Notes: generated from the letters alone by a model not told the origin. A DNA stretch of 64,000 nt from Candidatus Tayloriibacteriota bacterium (GCA_039934295.1 JBDTMN010000005.1:921-64920), one strand, 5' to 3'; shown: positions 19,819 through 30,343, counted from the first letter of the stretch. Numbers and translations are program-made.

Positions 19819-20357
19819 AGAATACCACAAGCTCGCAACTCACGCACACTACTCTAATAACAAAATTTAAACTAGGATCAAACTCATGAGGTGCTATTTT
19901 CTGGAATTTCAAGAATATGCAGATTGCCTCTATAAATTTTTTCTCAAGTGTCACACAAGACCGCCCCCACCAAAGCGCACTAGGCGCTAGGAAACTAGGC
20001 AGTAGGCTCTAGCAGAAATGCTAATGCCTAAAGCCTAATGAATTTCGGTGGGGAAGGAAGGAGAGGATGACGCCAGGTCAGCATGTCCCTCTGATATCCT
20101 ATGCTGGCGGCGAAGCAAAACCAAAAATTTCCTTTCCATTTTTTGTCGGCCCCCCACACTCACCCGCCGAGGAAAATAAGAAAGGTAAGGAAAATTTTTG
20201 GGTTTTGCATTGCGACCGTAGGGGCAGACGAGGCGCGCAGATTAATAGCAATCATCAGGATTTAGTTCGAAATACATTCGAACTTCGTTCAGTAGATACC
20301 GCCCAATTTTGAAATTGAAAATTGGGACGGGAGATGGAAGAAAATAATTTTTATATT

Positions 20358-23000
20358 CTAGATATCCGACAAGATAAACGTCCTCGTTATCGGTCCGAAG
20401 AATCCTACGGGAGGCGTGATGCCATGAGCTAACTGGAACTTGGAGAGAGCGGAGCGGGTAAGAGCTCCGAAGTAGGTGGTCTCATTGCCTGGAGAACCAA
20501 AGCCCGAAAGAGCAAGAGTGAATCCTTTGGAATTTAAGTATTGCTGAAGGAGTTTTACATCGCTTCCCACTGATCCCGAACCAAGATTACGGGTGAAGGA
20601 AAGCGGGGTGAGAACAGGCGGGAGTCCTATTCCCGGAGTAATTTCCACAACTGGAGCGATTCCCGACGTATTTGGACTACACATGTATCCTGAAGGATTC
20701 TCCGGAAACGGAATCAGGGTATATCCTTCGGCGCAGACTGGAAGAGCAGATGATGGTGAAGGTAATTGAGAAATGAAGTTCGCACTGCGACCGCCACTTG
20801 AGCTTCTCCTTCTTGAGGGGGTGGGAGTGGGGGAAGGTTCTTCTGTAGGACAAGCAGTTGTAGAAAATGAGATGATAGAGCCATAAGCGGTGGCTACAGG
20901 ATTTGTAGCATAAGCTCTCACGAAATATTCTGTATCACAGGTGAGGCCGGTCATGGTGCTAGTCCAGGGGCCACCGATGGCGAAACCATCTGTGGTTTTA
21001 GTGGAAAGAGCAGTGGTGGGATTTATTACTGTATCCCAGACGAGACCACTAACTGTCACTGTTGCTCCACCATTTGAAGATATAGTACCGCCACCAACTG
21101 CAGTGGTTTGAGTGATGGAAGTGACTGGGATTGTAGTGGTTACAGTGGGGACAACCACGCTACTAACCGTAACTGTAATTGGTGAAGATGTTGTGGTATT
21201 TCCAACATTGTCTCTTGCAACTGCAGTCAAAACATGGTCTCCGTCTGAAACAGAAGTCGCGTCCCAAATGATTCCATATGTAGAAGTAGTGTCTTCTATA
21301 TCCAGATTTATACTATCTAGCTTGAATTGAACACCCACAACACCAAAATCATCAGAAGCATCGGCCGTAATGGAGACAGATGCACCAGAAACAACTGCTA
21401 GATCAAGTGGAGCTGTGATTGAAATACTCGGCGCCGTTGTATCAATCACAATCGCCTTGTTGGCGGCTAAGTTGGTAGCTGGAATGAAGCTCGACATTGC
21501 ATTACCAGAGAGGTCGGCAATAGTGCCAGAGATTGAGTTGGTGTCTAAGTCGAGAGATGTGTCTCCAGCTTGTACGGTGTAATTACAAGTGCCGGTAGTA
21601 GAACCAGAGACCGTGAAGGTACATGTCCGGTCAGTGGCGCCAGTTTCGAGAGTGACTGTGACGCTACCAGTGGAAGTAACCGTCTCGGAGAAAGTGACGT
21701 CAATATCGATCACCTCTCCTGTCTTGTAGGTACCGTTTGCTTTGTCAGAGGAAACGTTGGTGATGGTGGGAATAGTTGGATCAATGGTTGAAACTGAAGC
21801 TTTGTTAGGGCCGTTTGCGGCATCCCAATATCCTAAATATGGATTATTATTTGAATCTAAATCTAAAGATGTGAAAGTACCTATAGATGATGTAAAACCG
21901 GCACTACCCACAGCTTCCCAAGATGAACCGTTATATTTCATGACAGTTGTCCTTAAACCATTTGCTCCATCGGAAAATCCTACATAAGGTACATCTAAAG
22001 AATCGAAGGCGAGAGATGGCCACTCTGATCCAGTGGCTCCTCCATTAAAACCAGCGCTACCAACGTTACTCCACGAACCACTGGTAAATTTCATGACAGT
22101 AATTCTATTGCTGGTTCCAACATCTTTATATGCTACATATGGAATGTTAGTGGAATCTAACTTGATTGAAGTGCTAAATACCTGTCCAGCCGAAAATGCA
22201 GGACTACCTACGACTACCCAAGATGAGCCATTATATTTCATGACTGTAGCTTTATTACCCCTGCCTGAAAAATGGTCACTGAAGGCAACATACGGTACAC
22301 CAGTAGAATCAAGAGCAAGAGAAACTTGGTCACCTTGCCCATCTGAAAAACCATTTCCAGATGAAGCACCTACTGTGGACCAGGAAGTACCATTAAATTT
22401 CTCAAGGGCAACCTTACCGCCGTCTGGAAAATAATCCATATGCGCTACATATATATTATTTGAAGAATCAATGGCAATAGAGGGGTAGTCCGCTTGTTGG
22501 CTGGTGGCAGCCACAGAGCCCACAGTTACCCACGATGAACCGTCAAATTTTTTAACCACAGCTTTATAGCTATTTCCACCAGTTCCGCCATCTTGCATTG
22601 CAACGTATGGGTTACCGCTAGAATCAAATGCCATAGTAGGAGTATATGAATCATTTCCTGAAATCCCAGTGCTACCCGAAGGCAGGGTTACCCAAGATGA
22701 ACCATTATATTTCAAAACCATTATTTTATTACTATTTCCGCTATCCCTATATGCAACATAAGGAGTATTAGTAGAGTTTAAAACAAGGTTAAGATAACTG
22801 GGTGTACCAGCTGAGAAGCCGAGACTCCCCACATTTGTCCATCCTATCGCTAGAACGTTCTGAACGTTTTGAACGTAGACCCCCGCAACTACCAAAAAAG
22901 CAAATGTCGGAAACAAAACAAAACTGTACCTGCGTTTTTTTAGCATATTTCGCATTTTGGACACAAAACAATTCATGGTAACTACCTGTATTATTGCCAT
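20358..23000 (-). CDS. giant secreted surface protein, paralog 2 (beta-propeller-like repeats, Ig/FN3-like domains, C-terminal peptidoglycan-binding domain)
   Basis: Same conserved N-terminus MAIIQVVTMNCF... Repeated PYVAY.D...K(Y/F)NGSSW units. The C-terminus VKLLQQYLNSKGF...GALTRSALSKFQLAHGITPPVGFFGPITR matches a PG_binding_1-type module. Confidence 0.7.
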   Translation of the reverse strand: MAIIQVVTMNCFVSKMRNMLKKRRYSFVLFPTFAFLVVAGVYVQNVQNVLAIGWTNVGSLGFSAGTPSYLNLVLNSTNTPYVAYRDSGNSNKIMVLKYNGSSWVTLPSGSTGISGNDSYTPTMAFDSSGNPYVAMQDGGTGGNSYKAVVKKFDGSSWVTVGSVAATSQQADYPSIAIDSSNNIYVAHMDYFPDGGKVALEKFNGTSWSTVGASSGNGFSDGQGDQVSLALDSTGVPYVAFSDHFSGRGNKATVMKYNGSSWVVVGSPAFSAGQVFSTSIKLDSTNIPYVAYKDVGTSNRITVMKFTSGSWSNVGSAGFNGGATGSEWPSLAFDSLDVPYVGFSDGANGLRTTVMKYNGSSWEAVGSAGFTSSIGTFTSLDLDSNNNPYLGYWDAANGPNKASVSTIDPTIPTITNVSSDKANGTYKTGEVIDIDVTFSETVTSTGSVTVTLETGATDRTCTFTVSGSTTGTCNYTVQAGDTSLDLDTNSISGTIADLSGNAMSSFIPATNLAANKAIVIDTTAPSISITAPLDLAVVSGASVSITADASDDFGVVGVQFKLDSINLDIEDTTSTYGIIWDATSVSDGDHVLTAVARDNVGNTTTSSPITVTVSSVVVPTVTTTIPVTSITQTTAVGGGTISSNGGATVTVSGLVWDTVINPTTALSTKTTDGFAIGGPWTSTMTGLTCDTEYFVRAYATNPVATAYGSIISFSTTACPTEEPSPTPTPSRRRSSSGGRSANFISQLPSPSSALPVCAEGYTLIPFPENPSGYMCSPNTSGIAPVVEITPGIGLPPVLTPLSFTRNLGSGSVGSDVKLLQQYLNSKGFTLALSGFGSPGNETTYFGALTRSALSKFQLAHGITPPVGFFGPITRTFILSDI

Positions 23001-23186
23001 AGAATACCACAAGCTAGCAACTCACGCACACTACTCTAATAAAGTTTGGCCTCGCCTAATACCCCGCCGAGGTACTCCAAGGGGACAGCTTGCTCTCGGG
23101 ATAGGACGAGACAAACCTTTATTTCGCAGTTGTATTTGCAATGAGTAGTCTGGTATTATATAAATCTATAAGCTATTTAAAATGCC

Positions 23187-23528
23187 ATGGAAACACAATC
23201 ATATTCACAATCAGAAGTTCCGGAATTATCACTTGAAGCATTTCAGCAAGAGATTGCAAAAATGAAAGAGGAAGAAGAGAAAGGAAAAAAAACGGGGAAA
23301 CCGTCCCACTTTGCGAATGGCCCAGAAGGGGAAGAAATGAAAGCTTCAGAACTTACTTCCGCAGATCTAGCAATGTGGCAAAGGATAAAAGAGTTTCCAA
23401 AGCAAGGAATCATCACTCAAGATGATTTCAAAACCTATAGCGAAGAAGCTATGAAAGATGGAAATTTTTCACGGGGACGATTTGTCGGTTTTCTTGCAAA
23501 TCAAGTTCAGAAAATTTGGTTCGAGTAG
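23187..23528 (+). CDS. hypothetical protein
   Basis: 113-aa ORF with no recognisable motif. Its 5' end, including the upstream 7 nt, is duplicated at 23651..23730. Confidence 0.4.
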   Translation: METQSYSQSEVPELSLEAFQQEIAKMKEEEEKGKKTGKPSHFANGPEGEEMKASELTSADLAMWQRIKEFPKQGIITQDDFKTYSEEAMKDGNFSRGRFVGFLANQVQKIWFE

Positions 23529-23650
23529 TAAAATAAAAAATCGAATCACTCCTCTTCCGCAATTCACTGTGGTAAAAAAGATTGCTTTCTTTTTTAAAGC
23601 TACATAGTAATGATTCGCTTTATATACTATATATCCATTTACTATATTAA

Positions 23651-23730
23651 AAGCCATGGAAACACAAACATATTCACAATCAGAAGTTCCGGAATTATCA
23701 CTTGAAGCATTTCAGAAAGAGATTGCCGTC
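23651..23730 (+). pseudogene. truncated duplicate of the 5' end of the 23187..23528 gene
   Basis: About 75 nt are near-identical to 23181..23262; the reading frame stops after 28 codons. Confidence 0.6.
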
Positions 23731-23789
23731 GGAATGATTTGAAAGTGCAGCCAAGAGGTCTCTCTCAAATCCAAAAATAAAAACTTTTT

Positions 23790-24707
23790 ATGAACTCATA
23801 CAAAACTGGTCCATGGCTGGTCGCGCTTGCGGCATTTTTGTGGGCAATTGACGCGCCGTTTCGCAAATATGTAACCGGAGACCTCTCCTCGACGACGATC
23901 GTTTTCATGGAGCATCTTTTGATAGCTCTTCTGGTTCTTCCGATTTTTTTCAGAAGATTTTCGGAGTTAAAAAAAATATCTCCCCTTGAATGGCTCGCGA
24001 TACTGGGAATTGCCCTCGGGGGTTCAGCTTTGGCCACCGTCTTTTTTACGGAGAGTTTCAGCTACGTGAATCCTTCGGTTGCGATACTGCTTCAGAAAAT
24101 TCAGCCCTTCGTCGCGATTCTTTTGGCTACCATTCTTCTCAAAGAGAAGCTGACTAAAAAATTCTGGCTTTTTGCGGTTCTCGGAATCTATGGGGCTTAC
24201 CTTGTGTCGTTTCCCTCGCTTAACCCCGGCGCAATCGAAGTGCGAGCGATGACCGGAGTTCTTCTCGCCCTTGCCGCCGCCGTGCTTTGGGCGGCGGGGA
24301 CAGTCTTCGGTAGATTTGCGTTGCGAAGAGTAGCGTTTCAAACCCTGACCGCACTGCGATTTTTGGGCGCGCTTGTATTTCTCTTTTTCATTGAAATATA
24401 TTTCCACAGGCTCCCCGAAGTCACTCTCGCTTCACGAACCGACTGGCTTTTCATATTTATAATCGCAATTATCGCCGGCTTTTTATCTCTCTTCATTTAT
24501 TACAAGGGGCTTCTCACCACTAAAGCGAGCGTCGCAACGATAATGGAGCTTATTTTCCCCGTCTCTGCCGTCGTAATAAACTGGATTTTCCTCGGCTCCA
24601 CGCTCGTGTTCGGTCAAATTGTGGGAGGAGTCATCCTGCTATGCGCCGTTGCTGGGCTTTCGCTCGTAAATAGCCAAACAGAATCACCGACTCCCCCGAC
24701 CCAGTAA
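23790..24707 (+). CDS. EamA/DMT-family transporter
   Basis: About 10 predicted TM helices with an internal duplication; 305 aa. Confidence 0.6.
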   Translation: MNSYKTGPWLVALAAFLWAIDAPFRKYVTGDLSSTTIVFMEHLLIALLVLPIFFRRFSELKKISPLEWLAILGIALGGSALATVFFTESFSYVNPSVAILLQKIQPFVAILLATILLKEKLTKKFWLFAVLGIYGAYLVSFPSLNPGAIEVRAMTGVLLALAAAVLWAAGTVFGRFALRRVAFQTLTALRFLGALVFLFFIEIYFHRLPEVTLASRTDWLFIFIIAIIAGFLSLFIYYKGLLTTKASVATIMELIFPVSAVVINWIFLGSTLVFGQIVGGVILLCAVAGLSLVNSQTESPTPPTQ

Positions 24708-24751
24708 AATCTTATTTCTTATTAAAAAAACTCTCAAAACTCTCAAAAAGT

Positions 24752-24799
24752 GCCCGATTCTATTCTAGTATTTTGCAAAATACTAGAATAGAATCGGGC
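24752..24799 (+). terminator. intrinsic terminator (perfect 21-bp stem)
   Basis: GCCCGATTCTATTCTAGTATTTT-gcaa-AATACTAGAATAGAATCGGGC, placed after the EamA gene. Confidence 0.7.
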
Positions 24800-24844
24800 G
24801 GGAATATTTTCTACCCGACTCACATTATAGCCCTGAAGCAAAAG

Positions 24845-26263
24845 ATGCGTAACCTAAAAGAGCATGCTCAAATTATCGCTTTGTCGATTGGAAGCATCAT
24901 CTCCCATTTTATTTTTTTCAGCTATCCCAGTGAGACTGTGTTCGACGAAGTGCATTTCGGCAAATTCATCTCGGGATATTTTTCCCATCAGTACTTTTTT
25001 GACATCCATCCTCCGCTCGCAAAACTCTTTATCACTGGCGTCGGCCTCTTAGGAGGGTATAAGCCGGAGATAGATTTTAGCGTAATCGGAGAAAGTTTTA
25101 CGAGTACTGATTTTATCTGGCTTCGCCTCCTTCCCACCCTTGCTGGCGCGATTCTTCCGCTCGTCATCTACTATCTCTCTCGCGCACTCAATTTTTCTAA
25201 GACGGCATCATTTGCCGCTGGCGCACTAATTATTTTCGAAAATTCCCTTTTGGTTCAGTCACGATTCATCCTTTTAGACAGCTTGCTTCTGCTTTTCGGA
25301 TTTGGGAGCCTCCTTTTCTATTTTCTTTACCGAAAAAAAGAAGGAACTGGAGTCGTCCCATATCTTTTTTTGGGCGCAATCGTATTTTCTTCTTTTGCAT
25401 TCAGCATTAAATGGACAGGGCTCTCTTTCCTCGCCCTAATAGTCGCTCTCGAATGCGCGCGTCTTTTCCATGCGAAATCATCCCTCAAAAAATGGCTTCT
25501 CACGTTAGGGAGCGTCTTCGGCCTCGCGTTCGTCATTTATTTCTCTACTTTCGCCGTTCATTTCGCACTTCTTTCAAAAAACGGCCCGGGAAAAGACTTC
25601 ATGTCCCCCGAGTTCCAGAAAACACTTGAGGGCAACAGCTATCAAAATGACGAAACTATTCACGCGCTTCCCATGTCTAAAAAATTTGTTGAATTAAACC
25701 TCGAAATGTATCGCGCAAACAAAAGATTGGACGCGACCCATCCTTACGGAAGCGCTTGGTACACATGGCCCTTCATGGAGCGACCAATATACTTCTGGAA
25801 GCATGAACAAATTGAGGCGCCAGCTGGAGCGCAAGACGGGCAAAGCAAAGTTGCCAACATTTATTCTCTCGGCAATCCCTTCATCTACTGGCTCGGAAGC
25901 GCGTCAGTTCTTTTCCTCTTGCTCAATTTTCTTTCGCAGGCAGTTTCGAAAAATAAGGATTTCAGGAAAAAGAGCGCGCTTGCGGTATTTCTTCTTTCGG
26001 GATTTTTCTTGAATTTTCTGCCTTTTATTTTTATAGGCCGAGTGATGTTCCTCTACCACTACTGTGTCGCCCTCATATTTTCTATTCTCATCCTCTGCTT
26101 TCTTCTGGATGGGATACAATTGGAAAAGAAGAAAAAAGCTTATGCTTTCGCACTGATTTTGATTTCTCTCTCCTTGTTCTTGTATTTCAGCCCCCTTACG
26201 TATGGAATCCCATTAAGAGAGAGTGCGGAGAATGCCCGATTTTGGTTTAAAAGCTGGCGGTAA
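24845..26263 (+). CDS. GT39-family (PMT/ArnT-like) integral-membrane glycosyltransferase
   Basis: N-terminal loop motif FDEVHFGKF...HPPL and multiple TM helices. The start is moved to the ATG after the terminator hairpin; the ORF track begins at 24773. Confidence 0.6.
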   Translation: MRNLKEHAQIIALSIGSIISHFIFFSYPSETVFDEVHFGKFISGYFSHQYFFDIHPPLAKLFITGVGLLGGYKPEIDFSVIGESFTSTDFIWLRLLPTLAGAILPLVIYYLSRALNFSKTASFAAGALIIFENSLLVQSRFILLDSLLLLFGFGSLLFYFLYRKKEGTGVVPYLFLGAIVFSSFAFSIKWTGLSFLALIVALECARLFHAKSSLKKWLLTLGSVFGLAFVIYFSTFAVHFALLSKNGPGKDFMSPEFQKTLEGNSYQNDETIHALPMSKKFVELNLEMYRANKRLDATHPYGSAWYTWPFMERPIYFWKHEQIEAPAGAQDGQSKVANIYSLGNPFIYWLGSASVLFLLLNFLSQAVSKNKDFRKKSALAVFLLSGFFLNFLPFIFIGRVMFLYHYCVALIFSILILCFLLDGIQLEKKKKAYAFALILISLSLFLYFSPLTYGIPLRESAENARFWFKSWR

Positions 26264-26413
26264 AATATTTCACAGCCTCTCACCGCTCCAGAATCAACTT
26301 TTATTTGCTCCAGCAAATAAAAGTCGGATACGGATAATCTCGAAATAATTGCAATTTGCGACTGAAGTGTATTAAAATAGACTCATTAGCAGATAGTATT
26401 TAACGTTACATCC

Positions 26414-26881
26414 ATGAATAAAAATTATGTCATCGGCGGGATTGTCGTCATAGTGGTAATCGCGGTTATCGCATTAGCAATGAACAAGGGAAACACAGCC
26501 CTTGCGCCATCAGAAATTTCTCCATCACCAAGCGTAACTGAGAGCGTCACACCCACCCCAACCCCAAATCCGACAGTGAGCACAAACCCGGGAACGAGTA
26601 CGGTGGCAAAGGTCATCGTAATCTATACTAATTCCGGATTCTCTCCAAAAACGGTTACAGTAAAAAAGGGTTCGACAGTGGAATTCGTCAACCAGTCCGA
26701 TGGAGGCATGTCGGTCGCTTCCGACCCACATCCTACTCATGTAATTTATCCCGAATTTGACCAATACAAGACGAGTGCTCGGGGACTAAAGGTGTTTGAT
26801 TTCGTCTTCGACAAAGTCGGCACGTGGGGATACCACAATCATATGCAAGCATCGAACACGGGAACAGTTATAGTTCAATAA
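26414..26881 (+). CDS. hypothetical membrane-anchored secreted protein (possible cupredoxin-like fold)
   Basis: N-terminal TM, Thr/Pro-rich linker, beta-rich C-terminus with His residues; no motif recognised. Confidence 0.35.
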   Translation: MNKNYVIGGIVVIVVIAVIALAMNKGNTALAPSEISPSPSVTESVTPTPTPNPTVSTNPGTSTVAKVIVIYTNSGFSPKTVTVKKGSTVEFVNQSDGGMSVASDPHPTHVIYPEFDQYKTSARGLKVFDFVFDKVGTWGYHNHMQASNTGTVIVQ

Positions 26882-26905
26882 ACTACAGAATTCCTATTCT
26901 GTCGT

Positions 26906-26975
26906 CCCCGCGAAAGCGGGGTCCAGATTAATCTAGATTCCCGCGTCCGCGGGACTGACATTCGGAAATGTCATT
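26906..26975. terminator. tandem hairpins (CCCCGCGAAAGCGGGG; CCCGCGTCCGCGGG; TGACATTCGGAAATGTCA), terminator-like
   Basis: Three GC-rich stem-loops between two plus-strand genes; resembles the two-hairpin repeat family. Confidence 0.5.
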
Positions 26976-26987
26976 TTCAACACAGGC

Positions 26988-27371
26988 ATGCCTACCTCTC
27001 CATCTCAAAAAAATAAAACTGTCTGGCTTCTTATTCGTGTAGCAATCGCGTTCGCTTTCTTCTACCCGGCGATTAAAATCCACATTGACCCAGACTCGTG
27101 GCTTAGCTATTTTCCTCCATTTATTAAGACTGTGGGGATTCCGCAAATTGTTATTCTCTATCTTTTCACCGCAGTCCATCTTGCTATCGGCATTTGGATC
27201 CTCTCCGGTAAACGCATCTTCATCCCCTGCCTCCTCGCAACACTTTTTCTTGCCGGTCTCATCCTTACAAACCTAAGCCAGATGGACATTCTTTTTCGGG
27301 ATGTTTCCCTTCTCCTTATCACTCTCGCTCTGGCGATACAAAGCAAAAACTCATCACCTCAAATTCGGTAA
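26988..27371 (+). CDS. hypothetical membrane protein (4 TM)
   Basis: ORF with hydrophobic segments. Confidence 0.4.
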   Translation: MPTSPSQKNKTVWLLIRVAIAFAFFYPAIKIHIDPDSWLSYFPPFIKTVGIPQIVILYLFTAVHLAIGIWILSGKRIFIPCLLATLFLAGLILTNLSQMDILFRDVSLLLITLALAIQSKNSSPQIR

Positions 27372-27413
27372 AAAAAAGCAATGGGTGTAAATCCATTGCT
27401 CCTGTCAAGAAAC

Positions 27414-27914
27414 TTAATCGCCTCCAGAGAAAGCCGCGAGCACTGCGCTAAAAAAGGAGTAGAATTTTTGCCACGCCCATTTGAGCATTCGCCAGACAAG
27501 CGAGAAGAAGTTCCATCGCTTCATCATCTCCCAATGCGCGAGAGAGAACGCTGCACGTTCGAACAGGTTTATGTTCGAAACGCCGAGGGGCGAATTTAGA
27601 ACACCGCTCACAAACAGACAGAACACGATGGCTCCGGGAAGAGCGGAAAGAATCTGAAAAAAATTCGAGACCAGAGTTCCGGATTGAAAACAGACCATAC
27701 AAAGAATTGCGAAAAGCAAAGCGTACGACCCGAAAAGTACAAAGGCGATGAGCGCATCTACGAGCCACAGGACAATCCGGCTCGGATAGGTTGAGGTCTT
27801 TCTAGGTCTCCTCCTCCAGAATGTTCTCATAATGATGATGGACTGAAGAACGCACCGCTCGATTGCGATGTTGTTTTCCGCTGTATTTATACAATAAAAT
27901 GAAAAAAATATCAA
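27414..27914 (-). CDS. hypothetical membrane protein
   Basis: ORF with TM segments. The true start may be the internal Met (MRTFW...) near 27830. Confidence 0.35.
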   Translation of the reverse strand: MIFFSFYCINTAENNIAIERCVLQSIIIMRTFWRRRPRKTSTYPSRIVLWLVDALIAFVLFGSYALLFAILCMVCFQSGTLVSNFFQILSALPGAIVFCLFVSGVLNSPLGVSNINLFERAAFSLAHWEMMKRWNFFSLVWRMLKWAWQKFYSFFSAVLAAFSGGD

Positions 27915-27950
27915 TCAGACCCCAGCTTCGGACTCTTATATAATAGCCAG

Positions 27951-30158
27951 ATGCAATTACCGGACCTTTTGGAAAATCACTTTCGCCTTCACGACCTCCA
28001 CCGTGTAGCGCTTAAAAAGCTGGGGTTGAAAACAGTCGAGGACATTCTCTACCACTTCCCTGCTCGATATGGGGATACGTCGGAGATGCGCACCATAGAC
28101 AAACTAGAGAAAGGCGATACCGCGGTGATTTTCGGTAAAATAAAAAACCTGAAAACCGAGAAGGCTTTCCGCAAAAAAATCTCGATGGCGAAAGCAACAA
28201 TAGAGGACGATACCGGAAGTGTGCAGGTCGTCTGGTTCAACCAGCCCTATCTCGCAAAGATGATTGCTCCGGACTCACTCGTCCGAGCGGAAGGGAAAGT
28301 ATCGCAGAAGAAAACTGGAGAGCTGTACCTTTCCAATCCAAAAATCGAAACGGTGACAAAATTGCCCTTCGGAGTTGGAGATTCTTTGTTTGGTGAACCC
28401 TCGGCACACACGCTCTACCCGGTCTATCCCGAATCCCGAGGTATCACCTCAAACTGGTTTTATCACGCCTTGAATCGAATATTCAAGTCGGGAATTCTCG
28501 ACTCTTTAACCGATCCTGTTCCGGAGGCGATTCGGGAAAAATATCATCTTCCTTCTTTGAAAACCGCGCTCATCTGGATTCACGCTCCAAAAAGTAACGA
28601 TGACGCGCTTTCGGCTAGAAAACGTTTCGCTTTCGAGGAAGTCTTTTTCATTCAGCTTGAGAAGCAGAAGCAAAGAATGCTCGCGGGGCGAGAGCCGTCT
28701 TTTGTCATCCCCGTAAAAAATGAAAACATGCACTCATTCTTAAGCCGTTTCCCTTTCGCTCCCACTCACGCTCAAGAGCAGGCGATTGAAACTATTCTTG
28801 CTGATTTCAAAGCGGGACACCCAATGTCTCGGCTTCTTGAGGGAGACGTGGGTTCTGGAAAAACGTTGGTCGCGGCCGCCTCCGCCTATGCCACGGTCAC
28901 CACGAAGCCCAACAACCAATCTTTCGGCAATCTTCAAGTGGCGTACATGTGCCCGACGGAAATTCTCGCCGGACAGCATTTTGATTCTTTCATTCAATAT
29001 TTTAAACACCCGCCCGAACGTGCCAAAGACGACAGTTCGGTACGGGCGGGCCTCCCAATTAACATCGGACTCATCACTTCCTCCGGTTGCAAAAAATTCC
29101 CGTCAAAGGTCGACCCCTCCGGCGCGACTGAAATTTCGAGAAGCCAGCTTTTGAAATGGCTCGCAAACGGAGAAATCCCCATTCTCATTGGCACACACTC
29201 CCTCATCCAAAAAGCAGTCAAGTTCAAGCATCTTGCCTTAATAATTATTGACGAGCAACACCGCTTTGGAGTAAACCAGCGCAAGGCACTTGTGCATGGA
29301 AAAAATGGGGTGTCGGTGCCACATCTCTTGTCAATGACGGCAACGCCGATTCCCCGAACTCTCGCTCTCACGATTTATGGCGACCTCGATCTCAGTCTAC
29401 TTGACCAAATGCCTTTAGGAAGAAAACCCATCATCACGGAAGTTGTTCTCCCGACGACCCGAGAAAAAATGAACGAAAAAATCCGCCAAGAGCTTGAAGC
29501 AGGGAGGCAGGCATATGTAATCTGTCCCCGCATTGATGAACCAGATCCTGAGAAAACGCTTGCGGTACAGGCAAAATCGGTAAAGGAAGAAGCAAATCGA
29601 CTAAAGAAAACGGTCTTCCAGGAATATTCCATTGGAGTGCTCCATGGAAAAATGAAGCCGTCCCTAAAAGAAAAAGTGATGAAAGATTTTAAAGCTGGAA
29701 AAATCCATATTCTCTGCGCCACCTCCGTCGTCGAAGTGGGAGTAAATGTCGAGAACGCGACGGTCATCGTGATTGAGGGCGCGGAGCGATTCGGCCTCGC
29801 CCAGCTTCATCAGCTTCGCGGACGAGTCATCCGAAGCAACCATCAAGCTTACTGTTTTGTGTACGCTGAAACGGCTTCGAAAAAGACATTCAACCGGTTG
29901 AACGCCCTTACCACATCAAAAAACGGCTTTGAGCTCGCCGAATTTGACTTGCAAGCGAGGGGACCCGGCGAGCTCTATGGGGGCCATCAATGGGGCATTT
30001 CCGACGTCGCCATGGAAGCCCTCAAAAATTTGAAAATGGTGGAAGCCGCTCGCGCCGAAGCAAGAGCACTTCTCGAAAAAGATTTTGAACTCCAAAAATA
30101 CCCCGAAGTAAAAAAGCACCTAGATGTTCGAAATTCGGACAAAATTCACTTTGAATAG
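27951..30158 (+). CDS. recG: ATP-dependent DNA helicase RecG
   Basis: Wedge domain followed by helicase motifs GDVGSGKT, DEQH, MTATPIPRT; 735 aa. Confidence 0.9.
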   Translation: MQLPDLLENHFRLHDLHRVALKKLGLKTVEDILYHFPARYGDTSEMRTIDKLEKGDTAVIFGKIKNLKTEKAFRKKISMAKATIEDDTGSVQVVWFNQPYLAKMIAPDSLVRAEGKVSQKKTGELYLSNPKIETVTKLPFGVGDSLFGEPSAHTLYPVYPESRGITSNWFYHALNRIFKSGILDSLTDPVPEAIREKYHLPSLKTALIWIHAPKSNDDALSARKRFAFEEVFFIQLEKQKQRMLAGREPSFVIPVKNENMHSFLSRFPFAPTHAQEQAIETILADFKAGHPMSRLLEGDVGSGKTLVAAASAYATVTTKPNNQSFGNLQVAYMCPTEILAGQHFDSFIQYFKHPPERAKDDSSVRAGLPINIGLITSSGCKKFPSKVDPSGATEISRSQLLKWLANGEIPILIGTHSLIQKAVKFKHLALIIIDEQHRFGVNQRKALVHGKNGVSVPHLLSMTATPIPRTLALTIYGDLDLSLLDQMPLGRKPIITEVVLPTTREKMNEKIRQELEAGRQAYVICPRIDEPDPEKTLAVQAKSVKEEANRLKKTVFQEYSIGVLHGKMKPSLKEKVMKDFKAGKIHILCATSVVEVGVNVENATVIVIEGAERFGLAQLHQLRGRVIRSNHQAYCFVYAETASKKTFNRLNALTTSKNGFELAEFDLQARGPGELYGGHQWGISDVAMEALKNLKMVEAARAEARALLEKDFELQKYPEVKKHLDVRNSDKIHFE

Positions 30159-30226
30159 ACAGCGCTTGCTTGTTGATTTGTATTCTTTCGACAGAAGGTC
30201 GATTTTAGTGAAAACATATTTTAGAG

Positions 30227-30246
30227 GTGCGCGCGGAGGGACTCGG
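30227..30246 (-). repeat. 20-nt duplicate of the tRNA-Ile 3' end (att-like remnant)
   Basis: GGTGCGCGCGGAGGGACTCG is identical to 30342..30361. Confidence 0.6.
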
Positions 30247-30343
30247 CCACCACGTAGCCAGGTACTTTTCAATCTCGCAGACTCGATAATGAAAAGTCTT
30301 TCGAGTCCCTCACAGAAGCCAAGCAGTTGGCTTCTTCTTGCGG

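Noticed and set aside
20067-20312. 81-aa ORF in the gap between the two surface-protein genes
   Set aside because: It lies in a promoter and terminator region, has no start context or conservation evidence, and overlaps the terminator-like hairpin at 20302-20326.
16057-22434. Many 60-190-aa plus-strand ORFs inside the two giant surface-protein genes (e.g. 16640-17215, 22033-22434)
   Set aside because: Antisense shadow ORFs of a repeat-rich gene with biased composition; no independent support.
24773-24844. ORF-track start for the GT39 gene at 24773
   Set aside because: The first 24 codons translate the perfect terminator hairpin of the upstream gene; the start was moved to the ATG at 24845.
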